From an uncultured Acidobacteriota bacterium (GTDB lineage: Bacteria > Acidobacteriota > Polarisedimenticolia > J045): DNA of 64,000 bases. A model generated the notes under the pieces. It had not been told where the DNA came from. It made no database searches and saw nothing but the letters and a program-made list of their open reading frames with translations. Where the stretch lies: NCBI GenBank assembly GCA_963702425.1, contig CAVPCQ010000017.1, positions 96,001 to 160,000 on the forward strand, read 5' to 3'. A program made the position numbers and the translations under genes. Positions 20,320 to 30,800 of the stretch are shown here, one piece after another; the first letter of the stretch is position 1; every line of letters begins with the position of its first letter.

Positions 20320-21387
20320 TCATCCAGCGGCCGACGGTCGTCGATTCCAGAACATCGCGCGGCGCATTCTCTGCCGCAAGCCAGGAAGCATGAGCAGGGC
20401 GAACAGCCGTCGAGCGGCTCTGCGTGGCAACAGGCCGACCGCCACGAACCAGCCAGCCATGAGGACGCGGCGGTCCGACGGTATCCCCTTGTTCCGCAAA
20501 GCCGCGAGCGCGCCAGAGAAGCTGAGGCTCCAGACGGAGTCACCAGGGAAGGGGTGGGAGTCCGGAGCGAGCTTGCAGGAAACGAGACGGAACTGCACAT
20601 GTCGCATGTGCCTCATCGGTAGCCTGTCAGAGACCGGGATTCCCCGTGCCAGCGCGTTGGTGCGCACCAACTGCAACTCCCTCGTGCTCATGGCGAGCAG
20701 GTCCCGAACTTTGCCCACGTCCACGCCTGACTGGTATTGGTAGGTCGTGGAGTCGTTTCCCCCGTGCATGCGGTAGCATCCCAGAGGCTTCTCGATGGCC
20801 GCGACCGGTCCGTAGAAAGGAACGGTGTGGACAAGATACCCGTCGGGAGCCCGGACGTACTCCTTCTCATCAAGGGGCAGCAGTCGCTCCAACACTTCGC
20901 GACGAAAGGCGTTCGCCGTGCTGACCATGCACGTGAAGGTCCCCCGGGACGTCAGGATCGACGTCACGTCACCAGAGTCCAGGCGGACCCGTTTCCAGGG
21001 GTATTCCGCGATGAAGCGGCCTTGCGCATCGACGATATTGAGGCGGAACTGGATCAGTACGGCGCCGCTCCGCGCGGCGTCGACGACCTCCTGGGTCGCG
21101 CCCGGAAGATACCAATCGTCGGCATCCAGGAACATGACAAGTTCACCTCGGCTTGCGGCAAAGCCGGTGTTGACACAGGAGCCATGCCCGCCATTCGACT
21201 TGAGAACGGGGCGGATCCGGCCGCCATAGCTCCGGATGATCTCGACCGACCCGTCAGTGGATCCGTCGTCGACCACAATGACCTCGACGTGCTTGTAGGC
21301 TTGTCCGAGGGCCGACTCGATCGACTGCCGAAGAAAGCGGTCGTAGTTGTAGTTGACGATCACCACGCTCACTAGTGGCTCATGCAC
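20320..21387 (-). CDS. Glycosyltransferase family 2
   Basis: VSVVIVNYNY, VVDDGSTD, FLDADD; GTG start at 21387 with GAGGAG RBS. Confidence 0.92.
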   Translation of the reverse strand: MHEPLVSVVIVNYNYDRFLRQSIESALGQAYKHVEVIVVDDGSTDGSVEIIRSYGGRIRPVLKSNGGHGSCVNTGFAASRGELVMFLDADDWYLPGATQEVVDAARSGAVLIQFRLNIVDAQGRFIAEYPWKRVRLDSGDVTSILTSRGTFTCMVSTANAFRREVLERLLPLDEKEYVRAPDGYLVHTVPFYGPVAAIEKPLGCYRMHGGNDSTTYQYQSGVDVGKVRDLLAMSTRELQLVRTNALARGIPVSDRLPMRHMRHVQFRLVSCKLAPDSHPFPGDSVWSLSFSGALAALRNKGIPSDRRVLMAGWFVAVGLLPRRAARRLFALLMLPGLRQRMRRAMFWNRRPSAAG

Positions 21388-21937
21388 GGAAGGCTCCTCG
21401 CGCCATGCGCCAGTAGAGGGTGCCTGATCAGATCGGCGGCGTTCTGACGCCAAGCGCGCGACGCCGGGCCGGCGAAATCGATCCACGTGCGCGCTATCGA
21501 GCCTCCAGGAGCGGACTCGGACTCTGGCGGGATGGGGCCGCCAGTCCGGGCCTCCTCCCCTCGGTGGCAAGCGGGTATCTTCCCGGTGTACGGGCCACGA
21601 CCGACGTTGACGAAGCCCCATCTCGATCGGAGGAACTGTCCCCTGAGCGAACCCTCGACGCTTCGGAGGCGCTTCGCGCGTGCCAGGTCATCCTCCATCG
21701 CGAGGACATTCGCAACCTCCTCCAGGTGCGCCCTTCGCGGGAGCTCGAGCCGTCCTCGAAGGCGGCGCCACAGCAGTCCGGCACTCGGAGAGCGCTGAGG
21801 CCCGGCCGGACCGATCGCGGGAAAAAGCTCACCGTACCCGGGCGAGGGAGTGATCCCGACCTGCTCGAATTCCGTGGTGATCTCGCCCTTCCGGCCGGTA
21901 CTGCTTGGCAGATCCCGCCCGAGACAGTCCCTCAGAC

Positions 21938-22546
21938 TCATCCCCATGCGCGGGCGTACTCCTGTGGGATCGCGAGCGCTGCCAGGCCCGCGGCGCCGCC
22001 GGGGACGAACTCCCGTCGTGCCGCCGGAGTGAGCTCTCCCACTCGCACAACCAGGAACGCGTGGCGGGCCAGCTGAGGCAGGATGAGCTCCTGGCCTGCG
22101 ACCTTGTGGAACTCGTTGGCGAGAACCTGAGTGAAGGCGAGCCATCGGTCGGTCTCTGCTTCGTTGCCGAAGACCTCCGTCTCAGCGCCTTCGATATTGT
22201 GCTGCGGCAGACAGAGGCGCGCCAGCCGCACGAGAGGCTCGTACAGCTTCTGGATAAGGCACTGGCGAAACACCGCCACGTCGCTGGCGCCCCTTCGAAC
22301 CGCGATCTCATGCGAACCGATGTCGGCGTCGGTGTCCTCCAGCAAAGTCAACCGTCCCCTGCGTTCGACGTGGATGCGGTGACGGGGAGCCTCCCGGAGG
22401 AACCGCCAAGACTCGCCGTACGCGGCGAAGCCCGCCCGTCGAACTAACCGATCGGGAAGAAGCGCGGCGCCGAGCCGCCCCCACTCCCAAGGAGAGTACG
22501 ACGCGGCGACGACGAGGGCGCGGCGATTCTCGTTGTGCGATCCCAT
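21938..22546 (-). pseudogene. FkbM-like methyltransferase remnant lacking the central SAM-binding segment
   Basis: VRRGASDVAVFRQ...Y joined directly to IEGAETEVF...WL...EFH. Confidence 0.5.
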
Positions 22547-23049
22547 GGCCGGTCGGTAGGGTACCCCGAGTCGGCTGCGCGTGTCACAACGTCCGGTAGC
22601 GTCCGCGGTGGCCGCTCGCTGCAATGGTCCGCAAGTCGCCCCGTTGTCTCGACCCCCTGCGGCGCTCCGTTCGGCCGGGAGCACGGGGTCGAGACCCAGT
22701 TGAACTCAGCTCCCCATGAGGCGTTCGGGCGGATGGCCGCGAACCGGCGATGGACGAAGTCGGGGGGCGGCGGCGCCTCGATCGGGGGCGTGATCGCTTC
22801 TGGCCCCGGACGGCGCTCCGAAGGCCCACCTGCGGCATTTCACTCTGGTGGGCGCGGTCGGCGAGGCGACCGAGCGCGGCCGCGGCGAGCAGCGGATTGC
22901 TGAAGGACTCGGGCCACTCGGAGAAGGCGCGGTTTCGAGGTGACGCTCATCGAGCCGCACTCGTAGCGTTCGTTGACGATCTCGTGGAGGTCCTCGGGAC
23001 CGGGGGCGGGGAGCGCCTAGAGCCCGAAGTCGTCGAGTCATGTGGAGCT

Positions 23050-23470
23050 GCGCATAGCTCGACGAATTCGGCTTGCTGGTGCCGGCTGTAAGAGGACGTC
23101 ATCACGAAGGCCCAAGACGTCCACACCGCCCCCGACCGGGGGTCGAGCAACCGGCCGGCGAAGCCGAAGTCGAGCTGGGCCTCGGCCCCTGGCTCGACCT
23201 CAGCCCGTACCTCCGCCTCGGGTACCCGCGGCTCCAGCCGTCGCACCAGCCGCCAGATCGACGAGTAGCTGCCGGTGAAGGCGTGCCCCTCGCGCAGCCG
23301 CTGGTGAATCGCCCGACACTCGACCCCTTGCCGGCGCAACGCCCGGATCTGCGCGATGGACTGCTCGGCCTACGACACCGTCAGCAGGGGGCTCACCGCC
23401 GGCAGGCTCACCGCAAGCCGCGCCGCCAACTCCGCAGTCGGGGGTAGCGCCGTGCCCGGCAGCTTATCTC
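23050..23470 (-). mobile_element. IS21-family IstA transposase fragment
   Basis: IHQRL...FTGSYSSIWRLV...EPGAEAQLDFG...AFVMT.SYSRH; internal stop. Confidence 0.8.
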
Positions 23471-23559
23471 TCCGGATCAGCGGGTTACGCCGGTCGCACC
23501 TGGGCGCTCCCGCACGATTCCGTCCTCTCACTCGGCGAGAAGACGCTGGATCGCGCGGC

Positions 23560-23760
23560 GCGGCCGTTGGCGACCACGCCGTGAAGCGGGTGGACTCGAT
23601 CGTCGGTGACAGCCTTGTGATCCAGGTACCCGCGCTTGTGCCTCGCCGGTCTGTATCGGGGCCTTGCGATGAACCGCCCTGGGTCGTGAGGTCGCTGCTG
23701 GACGGGCAGCTGGGATTGCCGCAGGCTCTGGATCGCGAGTTCATCCGAGTCTCCCGTCCA
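23560..23760 (-). pseudogene. IS-associated small Cys protein remnant (DUF6788-like)
   Basis: RACGNPSC...GP...GTWITRLS only. Confidence 0.3.
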
Positions 23761-23972
23761 TGTCTTGTCCGCCTCCGCGCTCGGGGCTGGTGGGGCACGG
23801 TGGGAAACCCTGAGAAGATCGACCACCTGCCGCCAACGGTCAGCGCGGGCGGAACTCCGGCCCCGCGCTGAGCTCGACGATGGATCCGGGCGGATCTGCA
23901 TCGAGCCGCACGAGCTCGAGAAGGTCGAAGACGACCACTGGACTGCGGCGGGACCCTTCCCACCATCTTTCC

Positions 23973-25190
23973 TCATGCCCCGACAGGACCGGCTCCGCCG
24001 AGCAGCCGCTCGTACACCGCGTCGAGCCTGTGAGACTCGCGCTCCCAGTTGTAGCGATCGCGCGAGCAGCGCAGGGCATTCTCCCGGAACGCGCGGTAGG
24101 TGTCCGGCTCATCGACGAGGCGCCGGACGGCTTCGGCGATGTCCCGCGGGTCCTCGCAGTCCACGGTCAAGCCCACTCGCTCTCCGCTCACCAACTCCCT
24201 CATCCCCGGGTAGTCGTTTGTGATCACCGGGAGGCCCATCATCATGTACTCGTGCACCTTGTTGGGGGCGCAGTAGTAGTTGTTTCGGCACGTGTTCCGA
24301 TAGAGCAGCACCCCGGCGTCGGCGGACGCAGTGTAGTGGTGCAGCTCGTCGTAGTGAACGGGGGGCAGGACCACGGCGCGTTGGGGATCGGGAATCAGCG
24401 GCCGCAGGTCCGCATACTCGCCGTAGCCACTCCCGATCAGGACCAGGACCGTCCCGTTTGCGAAGTACCGTGTCGCGGCGAGAAGCTCCTTGACGCAGCG
24501 CTCCTCGTCGAAAAGGCCCTGGTACAGTAGAACGAAGCGCGCCTCGATTCCGCGTCGCCTGAGTTCCTCGGGAATCACGCTCGTCCTCATGGGCGGTCGG
24601 TAGGGCGGGCAGTTCATGATCGTGACGGGGGGCCGACGCGCGCCGGCCTCCTCTCGCATGATCCGCGAGCGGTTCGCCTCCGGCGTGATGACCGTGTCCA
24701 CCAGTGGTACGAGTGTCCGCTCGAGATGTCTCCAGAAGCCAGCGAAGCGCACCTTCCGATGGGTCTCGGCGTGCAGTTCGTGAGCGTGATACAGCACGGG
24801 GCGTCCCTTCAGGGCGGCCGCGGACAGGGTAGCCGGCAGGGTGGGCAGATCATGCGCCTCGAAGAGATCGGCCTTCGAGCGCAGTGCGGCGGCGATGGCT
24901 CGAACGTTGTACTCGGCGTAAGTGGCGAAGTACTGGACGAAGGCCGTCAGCGTGGATCGGGGCGAGAGGCCGTACATCCGGCTGAACAGGCGGCGAGTCT
25001 TCGAGTAGATCCGCACGACATCGAAGTCGCCGGCATAGCGTTCGAGGCGTGGCAGCTCGGGACGCTCGGTGAGGCAGAGCACGCGCACGTCGTAGCCGGA
25101 ACGGGCCAGTGACCGTGCCTTATTGAGTAGTGGCGGAAGGCTCGACGGATCGGACACGTAGGTGACCATGCAGATTCGCTTGCCGTGCAT
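23973..25190 (-). CDS. Glycosyltransferase family 4
   Basis: AHDLPTL, YHAHE, YQG, PNKVHEYMMMGLPVI, YNWE. Confidence 0.92.
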   Translation of the reverse strand: MHGKRICMVTYVSDPSSLPPLLNKARSLARSGYDVRVLCLTERPELPRLERYAGDFDVVRIYSKTRRLFSRMYGLSPRSTLTAFVQYFATYAEYNVRAIAAALRSKADLFEAHDLPTLPATLSAAALKGRPVLYHAHELHAETHRKVRFAGFWRHLERTLVPLVDTVITPEANRSRIMREEAGARRPPVTIMNCPPYRPPMRTSVIPEELRRRGIEARFVLLYQGLFDEERCVKELLAATRYFANGTVLVLIGSGYGEYADLRPLIPDPQRAVVLPPVHYDELHHYTASADAGVLLYRNTCRNNYYCAPNKVHEYMMMGLPVITNDYPGMRELVSGERVGLTVDCEDPRDIAEAVRRLVDEPDTYRAFRENALRCSRDRYNWERESHRLDAVYERLLGGAGPVGA

Positions 25191-25574
25191 TCCCTGCCCG
25201 TCCTGGAGTGATGCCGGCATCGAGGGCCGGGTTCTTCGCGATCTTCGAGCGCAACAGAACCTCCGTCGTGGTAGAAAGCAGGCGCGAGCCAGCCTTCCTT
25301 GTCTCGGAGGCTTCGTGCGCGGGAAGCCTAGCACACGACAGACCCTTGTCCTCCCGCGCCTCGCTGACTCGACTTCGACGGAACTGCCCCGGGAAGCCCG
25401 GAGACCGGATCAGTCGAGTCCCACCTCCATGGCGACACTCTGTTGGTTGTCATGATGGCGCTGTTCGAACTCGGTCGCGGGACGTGCCCGATCGCGTCGA
25501 ACCCGGCCGCTACTGCCCGCCGGCGTCTCCCCGCCGGCGGTAGCTTGGACGCACTTCCAGGCTGAGCGGGCGGC

Positions 25575-27587
25575 TCAGGTGCTGATGCCGACGTCGTGCC
25601 GTTCGCACCAGGACAGGAGCACGTAGAGTGCCCAGACACGGGACCAGTAGAGCCCGGGTCGGCCATCCAGGTAGGAGCGCCAGAGGATCTGCAGCGAACG
25701 GTTGTCCAGTCCGGCGCGCCTGGTGGCCTCGGGGTCGTGGAACAGGGCCTCCATCCGAGGCCGCAGGCTCTTGCGCGCCCAGGCCTCGATCGGGAGGACG
25801 AAGCCAGACTTTGGCCGCTCGAAGATGGCGGGATCGAGCCGAGCGAGCGCCAGATCGCGCAGGAGCTGCTTCCTCTGGAGGGGAAGGAAACGGCGCGCCG
25901 GATCGACGCCGGACACTTTCTCGAGCAGGACGTGATCGAGAAGCGGTACGCGTACCTCGAGGGAGGCTGCCATGCTCGCCGCGTCCGTGTCGCGTAGCAG
26001 GCGCTCGCCGATGAAGCTGAGGAGCTCGAGCAGCGAGACCCCGTGGAGCAGAGCATCTCCGGCGGAGCACTCCCGCCAGGACTCGGCGACGGCCACGGGA
26101 AGGCCGTACTGCTGCCGGGCCTGCGCGGCCCGCACGGTGACCTCTGCAAGCGCGGTCTGCGTTTCCCGGGTGAACAGGGCGTAAAAAGCCTGGTAGAGGC
26201 CCAGCAGGTCCGGAGCGGCTCGAGCCACTTCGTCGAGCTTGCCCCACCGAGTTTGGGGCGAGGCGACGCCGAAGACGTCCCAGTAGAGGCGGTGCACCGC
26301 GTGTGCGGCAAAGTTGACGCCTGCGTCCGTAAGCCGTCGAACTGGGCCGGGCAGTGCGCGAGGGATCCAAGCACTCACCCTGACGGCTTTCTGCAGCTCG
26401 GCGAAGCTGGGGTAGCCGCCGAAGACCTCGTCGCCCCCGGTGCCTGCCAGAGCCACGGTCATCCCCGCGTCGCGGGCTGCCCGACTCACGAAGTAAGTGT
26501 TGATGCCATCGAAGGTCGGCTGATCGATCGCCTCCAGCGCCTGGGGCAGCTGCTGCCTGAAGGCCTGCTCCGTGAGGGTCGCCGTCGAGTGCACGGTTCC
26601 GAGCAAGTCTGCGACGCGGCTGGCGTAACGTGTCTCGTCCCACGCTTCCTCGTCGAATCCGATGGTGAACGTGTGGACGGAGCCGGGCGCCGCCTCGCTC
26701 GCGAGAGCCGCAACCGCGCTGGAATCGATGCCGCCCGACAGGAAGACTCCGAGCGGCACGTCCGCAACGAGCTGCATCCTCACAGTTTCCAGGAGCTCCT
26801 CGCGCACCTCAGCGATCGAGATTCGACGGCCGCTCGACGACGGCATCCGCCAGTAGCGCCGCTCCGTACGCCGGTTGCTCGGCTCGCTCCCCGATGGCGG
26901 CTCGATCGTCAGGATGGTCGCCGCCGAAAGCAGGTTCACGCCGTCGACGATGGTCCCGGGGCCGATGACGAATCCTTGCCAGAGGTACGATGCGACGCCC
27001 GCCGGGTCGAGGCGCCGGGGCACCGCACCGGTCGAGAGGAGGGCACGGAGTTCGGAGGCGAAGAGAACCGCCTCCTCGCCGGTTTCGTTGTCGTGAACGA
27101 TCGTCCAGTAGAGGGGCTTGACGCCCATCGGATCGCGGACGAGGTGGACAGCGGGACCGCCGGGGTCAAAGATCGCCAAGGCGAAGATGCCGCGAAGGCG
27201 CGGGACCGCGTCGAGGCCCCACCGCTTGTAGGCCTTCAGAACGACCTCAGTGTCGCTCGTCGAGACGAAGCGCTCCCCGACGGCCTCGAGTTCCTGTCTC
27301 AGGCTGCGGAAGTTGTAGATTTCGCCGTTGAACGTGACCGCGCAACCCGAAGCAACGTCCACCATGGGCTGGGCACCGGCATCGGAGAGGTCGATGATCG
27401 CGAGTCGCCGGTGCCCGAGGGTGACCTCACCCCCAGCTGATTGCCAGATCCCCGCGCCGTCCGGACCGCGATGCCGTTGTGCATCGCACGCCCTGCGGAC
27501 GTGGTTCGAGAGGCTGTCTCTGCGGTCGCGTTTAGGCACCCGATCCGCCGGTGCGAGAAGGCCTATGGCGCCAGCAATTCCGCACAT
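25575..27587 (-). CDS. asnB: Asparagine synthase-like glutamine amidotransferase
   Basis: MCGIAG start at 27587; HRGPD, RRLAIID, NGEIYN, SDTEV, LSGGIDS, GGDEVFGGY, RVPLLD. Confidence 0.93.
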   Translation of the reverse strand: MCGIAGAIGLLAPADRVPKRDRRDSLSNHVRRACDAQRHRGPDGAGIWQSAGGEVTLGHRRLAIIDLSDAGAQPMVDVASGCAVTFNGEIYNFRSLRQELEAVGERFVSTSDTEVVLKAYKRWGLDAVPRLRGIFALAIFDPGGPAVHLVRDPMGVKPLYWTIVHDNETGEEAVLFASELRALLSTGAVPRRLDPAGVASYLWQGFVIGPGTIVDGVNLLSAATILTIEPPSGSEPSNRRTERRYWRMPSSSGRRISIAEVREELLETVRMQLVADVPLGVFLSGGIDSSAVAALASEAAPGSVHTFTIGFDEEAWDETRYASRVADLLGTVHSTATLTEQAFRQQLPQALEAIDQPTFDGINTYFVSRAARDAGMTVALAGTGGDEVFGGYPSFAELQKAVRVSAWIPRALPGPVRRLTDAGVNFAAHAVHRLYWDVFGVASPQTRWGKLDEVARAAPDLLGLYQAFYALFTRETQTALAEVTVRAAQARQQYGLPVAVAESWRECSAGDALLHGVSLLELLSFIGERLLRDTDAASMAASLEVRVPLLDHVLLEKVSGVDPARRFLPLQRKQLLRDLALARLDPAIFERPKSGFVLPIEAWARKSLRPRMEALFHDPEATRRAGLDNRSLQILWRSYLDGRPGLYWSRVWALYVLLSWCERHDVGIST

Positions 27588-27607
27588 TGATCCACCATCC
27601 AGAGCAC

Positions 27608-29095
27608 TCAGGGCCGCCCGGGCATCAGTTCCCGGACGAGTAGCATGACCTGGCGCGGGTGCACCACGCCGAACATGGTGACGAGGCCACCATAGACCGG
27701 CAGGTCGACAGCGAGTCGCCAAGGTCCGAGTGGAGCGAGAACCCAGTGGAGGGCGACCGTCAGGAGCACGGCGAGCCCCGTGCGGCCGAGGACCTGCCGG
27801 CGCCGCGCGTCGATGACCTGAGGGCCGACCGCGACCAGCAGTGCCCCGAGCACGACGAACTCCTTGGCCAGCATTGCCAGCGCCATGCCCGTGCCCGCGC
27901 CCCCAATGCCCAGTCTCGACCCGATCGCAGGCACCAGGAAGAGCGCGGCGGCCACCTGGAAGACGATGCCGACGATGGATATCCCCGTGAGACGCCAGCC
28001 GAGACCCTGCACCACGAGAGCGGTTGCCAGCAAGATCGAGAAGTAGATCAGCAAGATGAGCGCCGCCAGCGCGCGGAGGCTCCCTGCTCCCGGCGTGAAT
28101 GGGGCGCCGAAGGCCAGGCGCATCCAAGTGTCCGCCCCGAGCGCGAGGACAAGCGCCACAGGCGTGGTGATGGCGAGGACCGCCTCAAGGGTCCGGCGGA
28201 ATACCGCGACCATCTCTTCCCGGGAGCGCTCGAGCGCCCTCGAGTAGAGTGGCGCCAGCACCGCGTAGAGGATCGGGGTCAGGAGCAGCGCAATGCTTGC
28301 CATCGTCTGGGACGCACCGTACCAGCCAACGTCAGTATCGCTTGCCATAAGGCCCAGCAGAGCCGTATCGAGTCGAACTCCGAGGACCTGCGCGATGCTG
28401 TGGGCATAGAACCCGAGGCTCGCTCCGATCGCTGCCCGAGTCGCGATCCGGTCCACGCGGAACGCGACTCCGAGGCTGCGGCGCACCGACCTCCTGAGGA
28501 CCAGAGCCTTGAGACCTTCGGAAACCGCGAAGACGAGCGCGAAGCTCGCGAGCGACCAGCGCGCCAGGATGCCGGCCGCCATGCCGACCCCCCACACCAG
28601 CTTCGCGAGCACGTTCGTGACCGCCAGCTCGTTAACCGTCGCATTGGCCTGGAGAAGTGCAGCCAGGCTGCCGTTCACGAAGAACAGGAGATGTCCCAAG
28701 CCGAAGGCTATCAGCAGGGGCCTGATCGCGGGAGGGCGATCTCCCAGCGGAAGCAGCAGGAGGAGGGCCAGGAGGGCGAGAGAGACGAGGAACCTCATGA
28801 GCAGGGTGCCGCCGAAGAACTCCGAAGCGTGCTGCGGCCGAACGGGAATCTCCCTCTGGATGTAGGCGTCGATCCCGAGCCCGGCGCAACCGAGGACGGC
28901 AGCGGCGAGGCCATCGGCGAAGCTCAGCAGACCAAAGGCTTCCGGTCCGAGGTGGCGTGGCAGCCAGAAGCGTATGACGAGGCCGATCGCCCACGTGACG
29001 CAAAGCGACAGGCTCAGCTTGCCCGCGTTACGGAGCGCGGTCCGCGTGTCCCGCGCCAGCGAATCCGGCGCGGCCGGCTCCGAGCCCGTGATCAC
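27608..29095 (-). CDS. wzx: Wzx-type polysaccharide flippase
   Basis: Multi-TM; RHLGPEAFG, VGWYGA. GTG start overlaps the wzy stop (GTGA). Confidence 0.88.
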   Translation of the reverse strand: MITGSEPAAPDSLARDTRTALRNAGKLSLSLCVTWAIGLVIRFWLPRHLGPEAFGLLSFADGLAAAVLGCAGLGIDAYIQREIPVRPQHASEFFGGTLLMRFLVSLALLALLLLLPLGDRPPAIRPLLIAFGLGHLLFFVNGSLAALLQANATVNELAVTNVLAKLVWGVGMAAGILARWSLASFALVFAVSEGLKALVLRRSVRRSLGVAFRVDRIATRAAIGASLGFYAHSIAQVLGVRLDTALLGLMASDTDVGWYGASQTMASIALLLTPILYAVLAPLYSRALERSREEMVAVFRRTLEAVLAITTPVALVLALGADTWMRLAFGAPFTPGAGSLRALAALILLIYFSILLATALVVQGLGWRLTGISIVGIVFQVAAALFLVPAIGSRLGIGGAGTGMALAMLAKEFVVLGALLVAVGPQVIDARRRQVLGRTGLAVLLTVALHWVLAPLGPWRLAVDLPVYGGLVTMFGVVHPRQVMLLVRELMPGRP

Positions 29096-30498
29096 GCCGT
29101 GCCGGTCTGTGTTGGTGCTGGTGTTGACTCCGCCTCTTTGAGTTTGGTGGGTGGCGGTTCCGGGCCGTCTCGTGCTACTGCCGAGGAGTTCAGGTCGTTC
29201 CGCCGCGTCGCTCTCGAGGGGGCAGCCTGGCGGGCCCACGTCGCCGTGGTCGCTGCGACGGCGATGGCCGTCCCGGCGACCAGGGTGCAGGCGAGCTGCT
29301 TCATGCCGAGATCGCCATAGCACTGGGCACCGAACGCCGGGAGCACCGCGACCGCCGCCATGGCGGCGGCTCGCTCCGGGGGCCGCCTGGCCCCCACGTA
29401 GCCACGGGTCCCGAGGAATGCTGCGACCGGCACGACGATCCACATCCCGAAGAGACCGACCAGGCCGCCGAAAGCGATCATTCCGATGAACGAGTTGTGA
29501 GGCATGTAAAGATACTGCCACCAATCAGGGCCGAAGTTCGCGAAGACACTCGTCGTCTTCTGGTAGGGCAGACCCCAGCCCTGGCCAAGGACCGGGTTCG
29601 ACTCAGCGAGAGTGAAGAGCAGGTTGCGTACCTCCTCGAGCCGGGCGAGTGACGAGTTGTCCGCGTCGGAGCCCGCGCTCGAGAAGGCACGGAGGGGCTC
29701 GAACACCGCTTCCGTCCGCCCCCATCCCACCGCGGCGTAGAGGAGAAACAGCGGTGCCAGCGCCATCAACGCTAGGTGGATCCTCGCACGCTGCCGCCCT
29801 CTCGGCAGCTGAGCGTAGATGAAAACCATACCGAGGACGAGATTCACCCACGCGAGACGGCGACCGTTGAGGGTGATCGCCCAGAGCAGGTAGGCCGAGC
29901 CCATGCCCGCCCACAACCAGGACAGCCACCTGCGCCGGGCGAGTGCCCAGCTCAGGAAGATCAGGATTCCGGCCGCGAAGAGGAGTGAATCCTCGTGGGT
30001 CGTCATGTAAGTGGGGGGCGGGACGATCTTCCCCTTCACATGGTAGAAGTAGAAGTACAGCACGAGTGTCGCCCGCACGACGCCAGCCGCGAGAACGGTG
30101 GCCCCGACCGCAATCAGGTCGCGCTTGTTGCGCATCGCGCCCGAGAGAAGGGCGGCCAGCAGCAGCGCGGTGAGGAACGCTCTGAGCTGGAAGTAGGCCT
30201 GGTAGCCGCTCCCCCCGTGGGCCAATCCCCACGCCAGGCCCAAGGCGATGCTGGCCAGGCTCACCACGATCGCCCCGTCCAACACTGAGGACCTCCGGCG
30301 CATCGCGCCGGGCCAGAAGAGGCAGAATGGAGCCAGGGCGATCAGCGTGAGTTGCCATGGAGACAGGTTGATGCCCGGGAGGGACGTGACGATCGGATCG
30401 AGAACGGCGAAGATGCTCTTCCAGTGGCCTTCGTAGACCAGGCTCTGGCTCTCCTCCGTCCACGCCACGAATAGAAGCACGCACAGCACTCGACACAT
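29092..30498 (-). CDS. wzy: Wzy polymerase / O-antigen ligase family
   Basis: Multi-TM; NGRRLAW, S...R..E..NL, NPVLGQGWG, PHNS. Confidence 0.85.
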   Translation of the reverse strand: MCRVLCVLLFVAWTEESQSLVYEGHWKSIFAVLDPIVTSLPGINLSPWQLTLIALAPFCLFWPGAMRRRSSVLDGAIVVSLASIALGLAWGLAHGGSGYQAYFQLRAFLTALLLAALLSGAMRNKRDLIAVGATVLAAGVVRATLVLYFYFYHVKGKIVPPPTYMTTHEDSLLFAAGILIFLSWALARRRWLSWLWAGMGSAYLLWAITLNGRRLAWVNLVLGMVFIYAQLPRGRQRARIHLALMALAPLFLLYAAVGWGRTEAVFEPLRAFSSAGSDADNSSLARLEEVRNLLFTLAESNPVLGQGWGLPYQKTTSVFANFGPDWWQYLYMPHNSFIGMIAFGGLVGLFGMWIVVPVAAFLGTRGYVGARRPPERAAAMAAVAVLPAFGAQCYGDLGMKQLACTLVAGTAIAVAATTATWARQAAPSRATRRNDLNSSAVARDGPEPPPTKLKEAESTPAPTQTGTA

Positions 30499-30510
30499 CA
30501 GGCGGGAGCC

Positions 30511-30687
30511 TCAGACCCAGCGGTAACGAAGGCAGTAGAGGATGAGCAGGTAGGCCACGTCGAAGATCAGGACCCACAGGAGAAGGCGCAGGAGGGCCGG
30601 ACGCAGCCGGCGCTTCCTGCCCGCGAGGATGCCGATCAGGACTGGCACATAAATGACCATGAGGAGGAGGGTCTTTCCGCCGCTCAT
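30511..30687 (-). CDS. Small two-TM membrane protein
   Basis: MSGGKTLLLMVIYVP...RKRRLRPALLRLLLW; co-oriented in the operon directly before wzy. Confidence 0.6.
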   Translation of the reverse strand: MSGGKTLLLMVIYVPVLIGILAGRKRRLRPALLRLLLWVLIFDVAYLLILYCLRYRWV

Positions 30688-30800
30688 TGGACCAGTATAC
30701 GAGAAGAAGGGGGACTCCTCTCCCCCGACCTGCGGGCCCGCTGCCTCGTCCATGCCTACGTGCTCGAGCCGCAGGTCGGGCAGCTCGGTCCGCGCACGGC